Shown: piece after piece, positions 37,604-48,385 of the stretch | Layout: each line of letters starts with the position of its first letter | Numbering within the stretch: position 1 is the first letter of the stretch | Made by a program: the position numbers and the translations under genes | Notes under the pieces: model-generated | Databases searched by the model: none | What the model saw: only the letters and a program-made list of their open reading frames with translations | What the model was told of the DNA's origin: nothing | From: Hyphomonadaceae bacterium | GTDB lineage: Bacteria; Pseudomonadota; Alphaproteobacteria; Caulobacterales; Aquidulcibacteraceae | Direction of reading: 5' to 3' | Assembly (NCBI GenBank): GCA_016791385.1 | Contig: JAEUMR010000032.1 | Coordinates: 1,153 to 65,152 of the forward strand | DNA length: 64,000 bases

Positions 37604-38242
37604 TCATGCTGCAGAGGGCGCCTCGTCCGGCACGCCGCGTTCGAGCGGCTGCAGGCGTATTGGGCCTAGATCCTCGCGCTGGCCGTTACGGAGCCGGACC
37701 AAGCGCTGCGTTTCACCATCGCCCACGGGCGCCAACAGCACGCCGCCCGGCTTCAATTGATCAACCAGCGCCCCCGGAATCTCAGCCACGGCCGCATTGA
37801 CGACAATGCGATCGTAAGGCGCCTCCTCGCTCCAGCCATCGTAGCCGTCCGCGACATGCGCGTAGACTCGCATCAGCCGCGCGCGCCCGAAACGGCCGCG
37901 CGCGTCAGCAGTCAGATCGCGCCATCTCTCCAGCGTCACCACCTTATGCGCAAGTTCGGCGATCACCGCAGTCTGATACCCCGAGCCGGTGCCCACTTCG
38001 AGAATCGCATCGCCCGGCTGCGGCGACAGCGCCGCGATGAAACGGCCGACGATCGAGGGTTTCGTCATCGTCTGCGCGTGCGCCAGCGGCAGGCCGATAT
38101 CGTCGAGCGCCAAGCCATCGAGGTGCGTGGGCGCGTAATGCGTGCGCGGCGTCTTCTCCAGCGCCGACAGCGCGCGTGCGTCGGTTACGCCGGCCTGGCG
38201 CATTTCCAACACGAACCGCATCAAGCGCGCTGGGTCGCTCAT
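37604..38242 (-). CDS. pcm: Protein-L-isoaspartate O-methyltransferase
   Basis: LEVGTGSGYQ, DGYDGW, APYDRI, QLKPGG. Confidence 0.92.
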   Translation of the reverse strand: MSDPARLMRFVLEMRQAGVTDARALSALEKTPRTHYAPTHLDGLALDDIGLPLAHAQTMTKPSIVGRFIAALSPQPGDAILEVGTGSGYQTAVIAELAHKVVTLERWRDLTADARGRFGRARLMRVYAHVADGYDGWSEEAPYDRIVVNAAVAEIPGALVDQLKPGGVLLAPVGDGETQRLVRLRNGQREDLGPIRLQPLERGVPDEAPSAA

Positions 38243-38243
38243 G

Positions 38244-39029
38244 CTACTCCACTTTCGGCGGCGCCCCGCCAAGAACGCCCTTGAGGGCGTGAATCGTCTC
38301 TCTGTGCGTAAGATCGATATGCAAAGGCGTGACCGAAATACGGCCATCGTAGATGGCGCGCAAATCCGTGCCATCGGCCGGATTTGAAAGCTTGCCGCGG
38401 AACCCGAGCCAGAAGTACGCGCCGCCGCGGGGGTCTGTCCGCTTGTCAGCATAGATGATGTGCTGGTCGCGCCGGCCCTGGCTGGTGACGACGACTTCCT
38501 TAACCTCCTCTGGTGGCACGTCAGGGAAATTCACGTTGATCAACACGTCCTTTGGCCAACCGTACTTGAGCAATTGGCCGACAATGCCAGGGCCGTACGT
38601 CTCTGCGGTCTCCCATGGTATTGCCGCCTCTTCGCCGCGGAAACCGCGCGCCTGGCTCAACGCAATTGCGGGAATGCCGAACTGCATGCCCTGCATGGCG
38701 CCGGCGATTGTCCCCGAAAATGTTACGTCCTCAGCGATGTTCTGGCCGCGATTGACGCCGGAAAGCACCAGATCGGGCGCTTGCCCCTCCATCAGGTGCT
38801 CGATACCCAGCAGCACGCAATCGGTCGGCGTGCCAAGCACGGCGAAACGCTTCGGTCCGGCTTGGCGCACCCGGATGGGGGCGGTCAGCGTCAGCGCGCG
38901 CGAAGCGCCCGATTGCTCTTGCTCCGGCGCAATCACCCACACATCATCGCTGAACGTGCGCGCAATCTTCTCCAGCACCGCAAGCCCGGTTGCGTGGATG
39001 CCGTCGTCATTGGTGCAGAGAATGCGCAT
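38244..39029 (-). CDS. surE: 5'/3'-nucleotidase SurE
   Basis: [27 protein letters not shown]. Confidence 0.97.
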   Translation of the reverse strand: MRILCTNDDGIHATGLAVLEKIARTFSDDVWVIAPEQEQSGASRALTLTAPIRVRQAGPKRFAVLGTPTDCVLLGIEHLMEGQAPDLVLSGVNRGQNIAEDVTFSGTIAGAMQGMQFGIPAIALSQARGFRGEEAAIPWETAETYGPGIVGQLLKYGWPKDVLINVNFPDVPPEEVKEVVVTSQGRRDQHIIYADKRTDPRGGAYFWLGFRGKLSNPADGTDLRAIYDGRISVTPLHIDLTHRETIHALKGVLGGAPPKVE

Positions 39030-39072
39030 GCGGCCCGCTTAGCCTGATCGCGCCGCCCTGTCGATGAAGCCG

Positions 39073-39477
39073 CTATTTCCAGACCCCAAGCACGGCCCCG
39101 CCGGCGCCCCAGGCGACCAGGAAATGCGCCAGATCGATCGGCACATACGCTTCCGTGTGGGTTCCGTAGACGTAGCTGTAGAGGCTCACGGCGAACGCAA
39201 ACAACACCGCCATCAGCAGCGCAGTGGTCACCCCGCCCATCAAACCGGGCGCGTTGCGCCATTTGATGACCAGCGACAATCCGATCGCCGCCAGCAACGG
39301 CGGAACGATCCCGTATGGCATGCGCGCCATGCCGCCTTGAGCCTGCTCTGCAGTGATGCCGGTCAGAGCCATGTATTGCTCTTGCGACATCAGCAGCGCA
39401 AAGATCACGAACTCGATCGCGTAGATCGCTATCGCCGCGACAATGATCGCGAGCACGTTGTGGCCCATGAAACGCAT
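39073..39477 (-). CDS. Small 4-TM membrane protein (DUF1761-like)
   Basis: SD GGAGG before ATG 39477; four hydrophobic segments, C-terminal IDLAH. Confidence 0.7.
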   Translation of the reverse strand: MRFMGHNVLAIIVAAIAIYAIEFVIFALLMSQEQYMALTGITAEQAQGGMARMPYGIVPPLLAAIGLSLVIKWRNAPGLMGGVTTALLMAVLFAFAVSLYSYVYGTHTEAYVPIDLAHFLVAWGAGGAVLGVWK

Positions 39478-39575
39478 GCCGATCCTCCCCGAATGCATCC
39501 GCACACGGAGTGGAGCATCAGCGGCGATGCGAGGCAATCAGACTAAGACGGGCCGAAGGCGGAACGAAGCGCGCG

Positions 39576-39944
39576 TTACGCGCGGCAGTCGATGGCCCAG
39601 ATGTCGTAGGTGGGATGATCGACGGCGCTGATGCTCGGGCTCGAGGCGAACAGCCAGCCGTGGAAGATCTCACGGCGCTCCGCTTCTTCTCCTTCACGCG
39701 CCGGCGGATGGTCGAACACTTCCACATAGATGCGCACTTCCGGCGTGTCTTCCGGCGCGCTCTTGGTGCATGCGCGGGCGATCACTTCGAGCGTGCCGAT
39801 GCGCGCGGGCCTACCGATCGTCAGCGCGTAATCGCTGGCGTGACCGGTGATCTTGTCGAGCCCGCGAATAATCGCGCGCTCGGCGAAAGCGGGGCTTGCA
39901 GCGAGTGCGAAGAATGCCAACGCGGCTGCAAAAGTGCGGATCAT
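39576..39944 (-). CDS. DUF2155 domain protein
   Basis: RGLDKITG...IFHGWLFASSP...DHPTYDIWAIDC. Confidence 0.92.
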   Translation of the reverse strand: MIRTFAAALAFFALAASPAFAERAIIRGLDKITGHASDYALTIGRPARIGTLEVIARACTKSAPEDTPEVRIYVEVFDHPPAREGEEAERREIFHGWLFASSPSISAVDHPTYDIWAIDCRA

Positions 39945-40417
39945 TGGGCGCCTGCCTCGTTCTGGGTTTGCGTTTGCCCCTGCCCCTGCGCGAAACTGGC
40001 CAACAGCGTCAGCAGATCGACTGCGCCTTGGGTGTACGGAATCTCGCCGCCCGACGGCAGCGGATCCATCCCCGCCGGCTCGATCGCGACATACGCTCCA
40101 CCCAGCAGCCCGTCGCTGGAAATGCGCGCCGTCGATTCATCGAGAATGTGGACGTTGGGATCGATATCGAAGGTGAGCCGCGCCATGTAGGTTTCCGGAT
40201 CGAGCGAAACGGCGCGCACGACGCCGACCTTCACGCCCGACACACGCACATCGGAGCCGACATTGACGCCATCCACGCGCTGGAAGCGCGCTGACAATTC
40301 ATAGCCGCCACCGGCCGTGCGCTGGCCCGCTTGCGCGGCAGCAAAGGCGAAGAAGCCGACTGCGACCACAGCGACGGCGGCGCCGAGAAGCGTTTCGCCC
40401 CAGCGTTCAAAATTCAT
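39941..40417 (-). CDS. mlaD: MlaD/MCE family lipid asymmetry protein
   Basis: ETLLGA, GVNVGSDVRVSGVKVG, SDGLLGGAY. Confidence 0.9.
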   Translation of the reverse strand: MNFERWGETLLGAAVAVVAVGFFAFAAAQAGQRTAGGGYELSARFQRVDGVNVGSDVRVSGVKVGVVRAVSLDPETYMARLTFDIDPNVHILDESTARISSDGLLGGAYVAIEPAGMDPLPSGGEIPYTQGAVDLLTLLASFAQGQGQTQTQNEAGAQ

Positions 40418-40419
40418 GC

Positions 40420-40824
40420 TCACGACGCCTCCTCTTGCTCCGGCGTCCAAGCTTCGTAATCGGATGTTGAAGCCTGCCTAACGCCGCCGCGCGCGAGCGA
40501 TCCTTTGGGGCGATAGGCGTACTTCGTGCCGGTGAGGTTCGGCACGTAAGCCTGCTCCCACTTCTGCCGCTTCAGCGGCCGCACCGTCGGCGGCTCGTCG
40601 AGCGTGTGGTGCATCCAGCCGTGCCAATCCGGCGGCACTGCAGAAGCTTCGGAAAGACCGCTGTAAATCACATAGCGGCGCTTGCGCCCTTCAAGGCTCG
40701 CGCGCCGCTCTTCGAAATAGCGGTTGCCGAATTCATCCTGGCCCACAAACACCCCGCGGCGGCCGACATCGAACAGAGTTCCGAGCGTGGCTCCGTTCCA
40801 CCACGTGAAAATGCGCTTGAGCAT
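40420..40824 (-). CDS. NADH:ubiquinone oxidoreductase subunit NDUFA12 family
   Basis: FTWWNG, DEFGNRY, VPPDWHGWMH, PNLTGT, YEAWTP. Confidence 0.93.
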   Translation of the reverse strand: MLKRIFTWWNGATLGTLFDVGRRGVFVGQDEFGNRYFEERRASLEGRKRRYVIYSGLSEASAVPPDWHGWMHHTLDEPPTVRPLKRQKWEQAYVPNLTGTKYAYRPKGSLARGGVRQASTSDYEAWTPEQEEAS

Positions 40825-40930
40825 GGGCCGTATTTAGACTCCAGAAGGCCGAAAAAGAGGCTTTTCGCGTCACTTTCCTTCGGCGGCGCGAATATGGCGA
40901 AGCCCCTGCGCCGCGTCCAGTGCGAGGTCG

Positions 40931-40979
40931 AAACAATATCTTGGGATAAGTCGCTGCGGGCACATACTATATATTGATC
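40931..40979. promoter_or_regulatory. Tandem NrdR boxes
   Basis: AAACAATATCTTGGGA (40931) and ATACTATATATTGATC (40964) match acaCwAtATaTwGtgt; 33 bp apart, upstream of an RNR homologue. Confidence 0.8.
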
Positions 40980-41027
40980 CGGCAAACCAGCCACGCGTAT
41001 GCTGCGGGCGCTCTCATGGAGACGCCC

Positions 41028-43838
41028 ATGTCCGGTGATTTGGATCACGACCTCGATGCCGCCCCCGCACCGGCCATTGCCCCTGCGGGCTGGTCCGAGC
41101 TGATGGCGCAAAGCGCCCTCGATGAGGGGGTGTTCGTCGACACCGCCATTGGTCCCGACATCGCCGAGGCGCTCCGGCGCGCCGCCGGCCGGATCGCCGC
41201 CTGGGCCAAAGACGCCGCGCTGGCCGAACCGCTGCTGAACCTGCTGGACAGCGGGCGGGCGGTGCTCGATCCCCCGTTCATGCGCGCGGCGCTCTCGCCC
41301 GGCGCTGAACTCACCCTCTCCGCCGCGCTGCTGCGCTGGCCGGCCGACCCCCGCGAAGAGCTCAAGGCGCTTTCGCGTGCGCAGGCGCTGCTTGCGTCCG
41401 GCGCAAGGCTCGGCATTGCCGGCGCGCCATCCGCCGCAGCGCTCGATGCGCTCGACGCAGCCGCGCGCATGGCCGATCCGAACGGCGGCGAAGGTCCGCT
41501 GGTGCTAGTGCGTCCCGGCGAAGAGAGCGCCGAAGCGTTGCTCGCAGACGCCAGCGCACGCACGCGCGCCGCGACAGCGCTCGCCGCCGGAGCGCGCGCG
41601 CTTGATACAGCGCTCGCTGATCTCGCCATCGAAGCAGTGCGCAGCGGCCTTAATGCCGACCATGGCGGCGTTCGCAGAAAAGCCGCTGCAGCCCGGCTTG
41701 CGGGCGCACCGGACGGCGACATTCTCGCCGCCCTTTCAGGCGCTGTCGCGCGCGGCGCCTACAGCGCCGCCTTGGACGCAGGCGCCGAGCCCGCGCGCCG
41801 GCGCATTCTGATTGCAGCGTCCGAGACCAGCGCCCATCACCTCACCGCCTTTGCCGGCGCGATGATCGATCCGAGCGGGGCCCTGGCCGGCGATGAGGAA
41901 ACCAGCGCGATCGGCGCGAGCCTTGCCCTGTCGCGCTTCCACGATGATGACGGACTCGATGCCGGCGCGCTCGAAGCAGCGGTGCGCGTGCTGGTGCGCG
42001 CCCTCGACGCCGGACACGGCGCGCATGGCGCGGCGGCGCGGCGGCCCGTGCTGCTCCGGCTTGAGGGCCTGAGCGCGCTGCTGCTGCGCGCGGGCCTCGC
42101 CTATGACAGCGACGAAGGGCGCGGCTACGCCGCCGGCATTGCCGCGCTGGTACATGCAGCGGCGATTTCCGAAAGTGCTGCCTTGGCCGAGAAACTTGGG
42201 CCTTATGCCGAGTGGTCGCGGCACCGCCGCACAGAAGAACTGGCGGTCAAAATCGCCCGCGAAGCAGTCCAGGCGCTGAGCGGAGAGGCCGCCTCGCGCG
42301 CTCAAGCAATTTATCGCGACCTGCCCAGCCCAAAGAGCGGCAGCCTGCGCGTCTCGCCGGTGCTTGCCTTCGCCAACGACCGCGCCAGCAGCCGCCGCTT
42401 GGGCCTTTCCGCGTCCGGCCTCGCGCCGCTCAGCAACGCAATCGTCTATGGCGAACGCGCCGATGGCGGCTTCGGGCGCCTGCTGAGCGATGATGCACAC
42501 GCCGCGCTCACGCACCTCGGCTACGGCGAGGAAGAGATTTCCGCGATTGCCGAGCACATTGAGGGGCGCCGCACGCTCGATGGCGCGCCGGGCGTCAATC
42601 TGATCAGCCTCGCCGCCAAAGGCCTCACTGACCCTGCGCTGCGGGCGATCGAGGAAGCCGCCCGCGACGCGCTCAGCCTTCGCGCAGCCGTGCACCCACT
42701 CGTGATCGGCGCTGAGTTCTGCGAGGACGTGCTGAAATTGCCGGCGGACGTCGCCGCCGGCAAACGCGGCGATCTGCTGATGACGCTTGGCTTCAGCGAA
42801 GCAGAGATCAATGCAGCCGAAGCCTATTGCATGGGCGCCAGCGACGTCTCGGCGGCGCCAACACTGCTGCAAGAGCATGCGGCCGTGTTCGCATCCGCCG
42901 CTGCGATCGCGCCAGAAGCGCGCATCGCCATGGCCGCACAACTTGCCCCGTTCGCGCGCAGCGCCGTCGAGCTCGCGCTGACGCTTGAAAACGCGAACCG
43001 CCGTACGGCGCTGCTCGATGCGGCGCGCGCGGCCAACGTTGCGCTGATCGACATCCGCGCCGAAGCGCCGCCGATCACGTTGACGCTGGCGCCGCTCGAC
43101 GAAGAGATCGAGGAGCCGCGCCCCACACCGAAGCCAGCGCAGATCGCGGCGGAAACGCCCGCACACGTGGAGCGCCGGCGCCTGCCGGAACGGCGCAAGG
43201 GCTACATCCAGAAGGCCACGGTGGGCGGCCACAAAGTCTATTTGCACACCGGCGAATATGACGACGGCGAACTCGGCGAGATTTTCATCGATCTGCACAA
43301 GGAAGGCGCCGCCTTCCGCTCACTGATGAACAATTTCGCCATCTCGATTTCGATCGGCCTGCAATATGGCGTACCGCTCGAAGAATACGTGGACGCCTTC
43401 CTGTTCACGCGCTTCGAACCAGCAGGCGAAGTGCGCGGCAACGACACCATCCGTCACGCCACCTCCATCCTCGACTACATCTTCCGCGAATTGGCGGTGT
43501 CCTATCTGGGCCGCACCGACCTGGCGCAGGTCGATCCCTTCGACGTGCGCGGCGACGGGCTGTCGAAGCGGGCGCAGGACGCTGAAAGCGCCGCGCGGCT
43601 GCTGATTTCACGCGGCTTCGCCCGCGGCGCAGCGCCCGACAATCTGGTCATGCTGCGTCCGCGCGCCGTGGTCGAAAACAGCCGCGACCGGCGCGACGCA
43701 AAAACAGCCCCGCCGCCGCGGCCCGCGGCGAGCAGCGGCTATCGCAGCGAACCGTGCGCCGCCTGCGGCCACTTCACGGTGGAGCAAGACGGCAAGTGCG
43801 CAGCTTGCGGCGCAACCGGCGAAGCCAGCGGCAGTTAA
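41028..43838 (+). CDS. nrdJ: Class II (B12) ribonucleotide reductase homologue, catalytically degenerate, with intact TSCPD domain and Zn ribbon
   Basis: C-terminus [23 protein letters not shown]...[15 protein letters not shown]...[15 protein letters not shown], CxxC..CxxC; core collinear with NrdJ but NPCxE and TIAPTGT absent. Confidence 0.82.
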   Translation: MSGDLDHDLDAAPAPAIAPAGWSELMAQSALDEGVFVDTAIGPDIAEALRRAAGRIAAWAKDAALAEPLLNLLDSGRAVLDPPFMRAALSPGAELTLSAALLRWPADPREELKALSRAQALLASGARLGIAGAPSAAALDALDAAARMADPNGGEGPLVLVRPGEESAEALLADASARTRAATALAAGARALDTALADLAIEAVRSGLNADHGGVRRKAAAARLAGAPDGDILAALSGAVARGAYSAALDAGAEPARRRILIAASETSAHHLTAFAGAMIDPSGALAGDEETSAIGASLALSRFHDDDGLDAGALEAAVRVLVRALDAGHGAHGAAARRPVLLRLEGLSALLLRAGLAYDSDEGRGYAAGIAALVHAAAISESAALAEKLGPYAEWSRHRRTEELAVKIAREAVQALSGEAASRAQAIYRDLPSPKSGSLRVSPVLAFANDRASSRRLGLSASGLAPLSNAIVYGERADGGFGRLLSDDAHAALTHLGYGEEEISAIAEHIEGRRTLDGAPGVNLISLAAKGLTDPALRAIEEAARDALSLRAAVHPLVIGAEFCEDVLKLPADVAAGKRGDLLMTLGFSEAEINAAEAYCMGASDVSAAPTLLQEHAAVFASAAAIAPEARIAMAAQLAPFARSAVELALTLENANRRTALLDAARAANVALIDIRAEAPPITLTLAPLDEEIEEPRPTPKPAQIAAETPAHVERRRLPERRKGYIQKATVGGHKVYLHTGEYDDGELGEIFIDLHKEGAAFRSLMNNFAISISIGLQYGVPLEEYVDAFLFTRFEPAGEVRGNDTIRHATSILDYIFRELAVSYLGRTDLAQVDPFDVRGDGLSKRAQDAESAARLLISRGFARGAAPDNLVMLRPRAVVENSRDRRDAKTAPPPRPAASSGYRSEPCAACGHFTVEQDGKCAACGATGEASGS

Positions 43839-43898
43839 CGCGTTAAGCATGGCGCGGTTCGTGCGACGCCAGCGGCAATTCGCTGGAGTTGCGCCGAT

Positions 43899-44423
43899 AT
43901 GAAACGCGCTGCGCTGTTCGCTTGCCTGATTGCCCTCGCCACGCCTGCGTTCGCACAGGCGCCGTCAGCCACGGGCGGGCCGATGCTATCGCAGGCAGAA
44001 CGCGATGCGATCGCGGCGCGAGTGCGCGGCGGCGCCAGCTGCGCCCGTTGCGACCTGTTTCAGATCGATCTTTCCTATCAAGCGCTGGCGAACCGCACCT
44101 TCTCCGGCTCGCGCATCCGGCAAGCCGATTTCTCGCTCGCCACCGCCGACGGCGCCAACTTCAACGGCGCCAATCTGTCGCTGACCAATTTCTTCGGCGC
44201 ACGCCTCAGCCACGCCGATCTGCGCGACAGTAATCTTGAGGGCGCGACGCTTGTCGGCGCCTATCTGGGCGGGGCGCGCATGCAGGGCGCGGTGCTGACC
44301 GGCGCCAATCTCTCCGGGGCCGAACTGGCGGACACTGTGGGTCTCAGCCAAGCGCAGCTCAACAGCGCCTGCGGTGACGCCACCACGACGCTGCCGCCCG
44401 GCCTTACGCTGCCGCGCTGCTAA
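43899..44423 (+). CDS. Exported pentapeptide repeat protein
   Basis: Signal peptide, CARC, A(D/N)(L/F)xx repeats, ACGD..TLP. Confidence 0.92.
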   Translation: MKRAALFACLIALATPAFAQAPSATGGPMLSQAERDAIAARVRGGASCARCDLFQIDLSYQALANRTFSGSRIRQADFSLATADGANFNGANLSLTNFFGARLSHADLRDSNLEGATLVGAYLGGARMQGAVLTGANLSGAELADTVGLSQAQLNSACGDATTTLPPGLTLPRC

Positions 44424-44496
44424 TCCGGGTCCCAAACTGAACGCTGTGTGAGGCGCGTGCGAGGCTGCTGACAGCCGGCGCTCTGACGCTGCGGCG

Positions 44497-45294
44497 ATGC
44501 GATCCGCCCTCAGCAAAGTCCCGGCCGTCACCCTGACATTCTGGGTAATCAAGATTCTCGCCACCACACTGGGCGAAACAGCCGGCGACACCGTCACCAT
44601 GACGTGGAACATGGGCTATCTCGCCGGCACGGCGATCTTCGTTGGCGCGCTCGCAGCGCTAGTGCTGCTGCAGATCAGAGCCGACAAGTTCCATCCCGCG
44701 CTGTACTGGGCGACAATCATCGCCTCCACCACCGCCGGCACCACTCTGGCCGACTACGCCACACGTTCGCTCGGCATCGGCTATGTCGGCGGCTCGACCT
44801 TGCTCTTGCTGCTGGTGCTGGCCTCGCTCGGCGTCTGGCACGCCTCGGAGCGGAGCATCAATGTCGACACCGTCAGCACGCCAAAGGTCGAAATCTATTA
44901 TTGGACCACTATCACCTTCTCTCAGACCCTCGGCACGGCGCTGGGAGATTGGATGGCCGCGAGCGCGGACGATCCCGCGGCCACGACGGGCTCGCTCGGC
45001 TTAGGTTACGCAGGCGGCGCACTCGTCTTCGGCGCGGCGCTCGCGGTGATTGCGGCGCTCTATTTTTGGACCAAAGCTTCGCGCGTTCTGTTGTTCTGGG
45101 CCGCCTTCATCCTCACGCGGCCACTGGGCGCCACCGTCGGCGACTTCCTCGACAAGCCGCTCGATCACGGCGGCCTCAATCTGAGCCGGCCGATTGCCTC
45201 GGCCGTGCTGATCATGCTGATCGTCGGGGCCATAATGTTCTTCCCGCAACGCGCAGGCGAACACCGTCCCTCGGCCCCAGCAGCGGCCAGCTGA
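44497..45294 (+). CDS. COG4705/DUF347 repeat membrane protein
   Basis: SKVPAVT..FW..KILATTLGET.GD; TRPLGATVGD. Confidence 0.9.
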   Translation: MRSALSKVPAVTLTFWVIKILATTLGETAGDTVTMTWNMGYLAGTAIFVGALAALVLLQIRADKFHPALYWATIIASTTAGTTLADYATRSLGIGYVGGSTLLLLLVLASLGVWHASERSINVDTVSTPKVEIYYWTTITFSQTLGTALGDWMAASADDPAATTGSLGLGYAGGALVFGAALAVIAALYFWTKASRVLLFWAAFILTRPLGATVGDFLDKPLDHGGLNLSRPIASAVLIMLIVGAIMFFPQRAGEHRPSAPAAAS

Positions 45295-47094
45295 TCAGCT
45301 CTTCGTCTCGACCACGCGGATGTGCAGCTCTTTAAGCTGCTTGGGCGTCACTTCGCCTGGCGCGTTCATCATCAGGTCCTGCGCCTGCTGATTGAACGGG
45401 AAAACGATCACCTCGCGGATGTTCTCCACGCCCGCCAGCAGCATGACGATGCGGTCAACGCCCGGGGCTGAGCCCCCGTGGGGAGGCGCGCCATAGCGGA
45501 ACGCGTTCAGCATGCCGCCGAACTTCTCTTCCACCACCTCGCGGCCGTAACCGGCGATCTCGAACGCCTTGATCATGATCTCCGGCTTGTGGTTCCGGAT
45601 CGCGCCGGAGCTGAGCTCAACGCCGTTGCAGACAATGTCGTACTGGAACGCGGTGATGCCGAGGATCGTGTCCTTGTCGTTCGGATCGAGACCCAGAAAC
45701 GCCGCGTGATCGTAGTTCGGCATCGAGAACGGGTTGTGCGAGAAGTCGATCTTCTTCTCGTCCTCGCTCCACTCGTACATCGGGAAGTCGACGATCCAGC
45801 AGAATTTGAACTGCTCCTTGTCGGAGAGGTTCAGTTCGTCGGCGACCTTGTTCCGTGCTTGCCCGGCGAACTTGTAAAAGACGCTCGGATCGCCGGCGAC
45901 GAAGAACGCCGCATCGCCCACCTCCAACCCCAGCTGTTCGCGGATGGCGTTCGCCTTTTCCGCGCCAATGTTCTTGGCGATCGGGCCAGCGCCGCCTTCT
46001 TCGCCCTCGCGCCAGAAGATGTAGCCAAGTCCCGGCTGGCCTTCACCCTGCGCCCACGAATTCATGCGGTCCGCGAACGCACGCGAGCCGCCGCCGGGCG
46101 CGGGAATCGCCCACACCGCCGTCTTCGGCTTTTCCAGGATGCGTGCGAACACGCCAAAGCCGCCGCCGCGGAAATGCTCGCTGACATCTTGCAGGATCAG
46201 CGGATTGCGCAGGTCCGGCTTGTCTGAGCCATATTTCGCAATCGCTTCAGCATAGGGGATGCGCGGGAACGTGCCCGCTTTGGTGACAGGCTTGCCGTCG
46301 CCGAATTCCTCGAACACGCCGGCCAGCACCGGCTCGATCGCGTTGAACACGTCCTCTTGCGTGACGAAGCTCATCTCGAAATCGAGCTGGTAGAACTCGC
46401 CCGGCGAGCGGTCGGCGCGCGCGTCTTCGTCGCGGAAGCAGGGCGCGATCTGGAAGTAGCGGTCAAAGCCCGCCACCATCAGCAGCTGCTTGAATTGCTG
46501 CGGCGCCTGCGGCAGCGCGTAGAACTTGCCGGGATGGATGCGCGAGGGAACCAGGAAGTCGCGCGCGCCTTCCGGCGATGACGCCGTCAGGATCGGCGTC
46601 TGAAACTCGACGAAGCCCTGATCGATCATGCGCCGGCGCAGCGACGCGATCACCTGCGAACGCAGCAGGATCGAGCGATGCAGCTTCTCGCGGCGCAGGT
46701 CGAGGAAGCGAAACTTGAGGCGGATGTCTTCCGGATAGTCGGGCTCTCCGAACACCGGCAGCGGCAATTCCTCCGCCGCGCCCAGCACTTCGAGCGCGCT
46801 CGCCTGCACCTCGATGCCGCCAGTCGGCAGGTTGGCGTTCACTGTCTCGGCGGTGCGCTCCACCACCTTGCCGTCGATGCGGATGACGCTCTCGGCGCGC
46901 ACCTTTTCCGCGGCGGCAAAGGCCGGCGAGGACGGGGCGATGACGATCTGGGTCAGCCCGTAATTGTCCCTGAGATCAATGAAGAGCAGGCCGCCATGGT
47001 CGCGCTTTCTGTGCACCCAGCCGGACAGGCGCACCTCCTTGCCGGCGTCGGCTGGACGCAGGGCGCCGCAGGTCTGGGAACGGTACGCGTGCAT
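45295..47094 (-). CDS. aspS: Aspartate--tRNA(Asp/Asn) ligase
   Basis: RDHGG, PEGARDF, FRDED, GAPPHGG; His in RDHGG suggests non-discriminating type. Confidence 0.97.
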   Translation of the reverse strand: MHAYRSQTCGALRPADAGKEVRLSGWVHRKRDHGGLLFIDLRDNYGLTQIVIAPSSPAFAAAEKVRAESVIRIDGKVVERTAETVNANLPTGGIEVQASALEVLGAAEELPLPVFGEPDYPEDIRLKFRFLDLRREKLHRSILLRSQVIASLRRRMIDQGFVEFQTPILTASSPEGARDFLVPSRIHPGKFYALPQAPQQFKQLLMVAGFDRYFQIAPCFRDEDARADRSPGEFYQLDFEMSFVTQEDVFNAIEPVLAGVFEEFGDGKPVTKAGTFPRIPYAEAIAKYGSDKPDLRNPLILQDVSEHFRGGGFGVFARILEKPKTAVWAIPAPGGGSRAFADRMNSWAQGEGQPGLGYIFWREGEEGGAGPIAKNIGAEKANAIREQLGLEVGDAAFFVAGDPSVFYKFAGQARNKVADELNLSDKEQFKFCWIVDFPMYEWSEDEKKIDFSHNPFSMPNYDHAAFLGLDPNDKDTILGITAFQYDIVCNGVELSSGAIRNHKPEIMIKAFEIAGYGREVVEEKFGGMLNAFRYGAPPHGGSAPGVDRIVMLLAGVENIREVIVFPFNQQAQDLMMNAPGEVTPKQLKELHIRVVETKS

Positions 47095-47236
47095 CGAAAT
47101 GCTCCGGGGTCTCGGATTCGGGGAAATTCGGCGCGGACAGGCGCATGCGGGGCCCCATTTTGTCAAGCAAGGCCTCCGCTATCCGATGAGACCGCCCCTT
47201 GACCCATCGGGCGGCGCGTCCCAACCACAGGGCCAA

Positions 47237-48385
47237 ATGCGCCTGATTACGAAAACCGATGAGCTGGCGGGGTTCTGCGCGGAATTGTCCGCGCAGGCCT
47301 TCGTCGCGGTCGACACTGAATTCATGCGCGAAACGACCTATTGGCCGAAGCTGTGCCTGATCCAGGCGGCGGGGACGGAGGGCGAGGCGGCGATCGACCC
47401 CCTCGCCGATGACCTGGACCTGTCGCCGTTCCTGGACCTGATGGCGAACGCCTCGGTGCTGAAGGTCTTCCACGCCGCGCGCCAGGACCTGGAAATCTTC
47501 TTCAAGCTGGGCGGGGCCCTGCCCACGCCGGTGTTCGACACCCAGATCGCCGCCATGGCCTGCGGCTATGGCGACAGCGTCGCCTATGACGCTTTGGTGC
47601 AGCAGGTGCTGAAGCGCCGGCTCGACAAGTCTTCCCGTTTTACCGACTGGAGCCGGCGGCCGCTGTCGGAAAACCAGCTCGCCTACGCGCTCGCGGACGT
47701 CACCCACCTGCGCGATCTCTATCCGCGCATGCATGCCAGTCTCGACCGGCAGAACCGGCTGAGCTGGCTCGACGAAGAGCACGGCAACCTCGTCGATCCG
47801 GACATCTACGACACCACGCCTGAAAACGCCTGGCAGCGGCTGAAGCTGCGCAAGACCACGGCCGATTATGTGCTTGGTCTGCAAGTGGCGGCGGCGTGGC
47901 GGGAACGCCAAGCGCAGCTGCGCGACGTGCCGCGAGGCCGCGTGGTCAAAGACGAGGCGCTCTATGAGATTGCGGAGATCCGCCCGAAGAGCCCTGCCGA
48001 TTTCGAGCGCATGCGCGCGGTGCCGCGCGGCTTCGGCAATTCGCGCGCGGCGCAAGAGCTGATCCACGCGCTCGACCGCGCCTTCAGCGACCCCAACCGC
48101 AGCGCCTACAAACACCAGCGCCCGCCGCCGACGCCTTCGGGGCTGGGGCCAACGGTTGAACTCTTGAAAGTGCTGCTCCGCTACGAGGCGGAAGCACATG
48201 GCGTGGCCCCGCGCCTGATCGCCTCGGCCGCTGATGTCGAAGCGATCGCGGCCAGCGATGACGCCGATGTCCCCGCGCTGCGCGGCTGGCGGCGCGAAGT
48301 GTTCGGAGAGCGCGCGCTCGCGCTGAAGCACGGCAAGCTTGCGCTGAAGCTGAAAGACGGCCGCGTCGTCGTTGAAGCGCCCTAA
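47237..48385 (+). CDS. rnd: Ribonuclease D
   Basis: DTEFMRETTY, FHAARQD, DTQ, DWSRRPL, YALADV; HRDC domains. Confidence 0.96.
   Translation: MRLITKTDELAGFCAELSAQAFVAVDTEFMRETTYWPKLCLIQAAGTEGEAAIDPLADDLDLSPFLDLMANASVLKVFHAARQDLEIFFKLGGALPTPVFDTQIAAMACGYGDSVAYDALVQQVLKRRLDKSSRFTDWSRRPLSENQLAYALADVTHLRDLYPRMHASLDRQNRLSWLDEEHGNLVDPDIYDTTPENAWQRLKLRKTTADYVLGLQVAAAWRERQAQLRDVPRGRVVKDEALYEIAEIRPKSPADFERMRAVPRGFGNSRAAQELIHALDRAFSDPNRSAYKHQRPPPTPSGLGPTVELLKVLLRYEAEAHGVAPRLIASAADVEAIAASDDADVPALRGWRREVFGERALALKHGKLALKLKDGRVVVEAP

Noticed and set aside
41028-43838. Calling the nrdJ homologue a pseudogene
   Set aside because: Reading frame is uninterrupted, codon usage looks normal and the C-terminal domain and NrdR boxes are conserved.
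43835-43846. TTAACGCGTTAA palindrome after the nrdJ homologue
   Set aside because: Spacing is 4, not the 7 needed for CtrA; includes the stop codon; could be chance.
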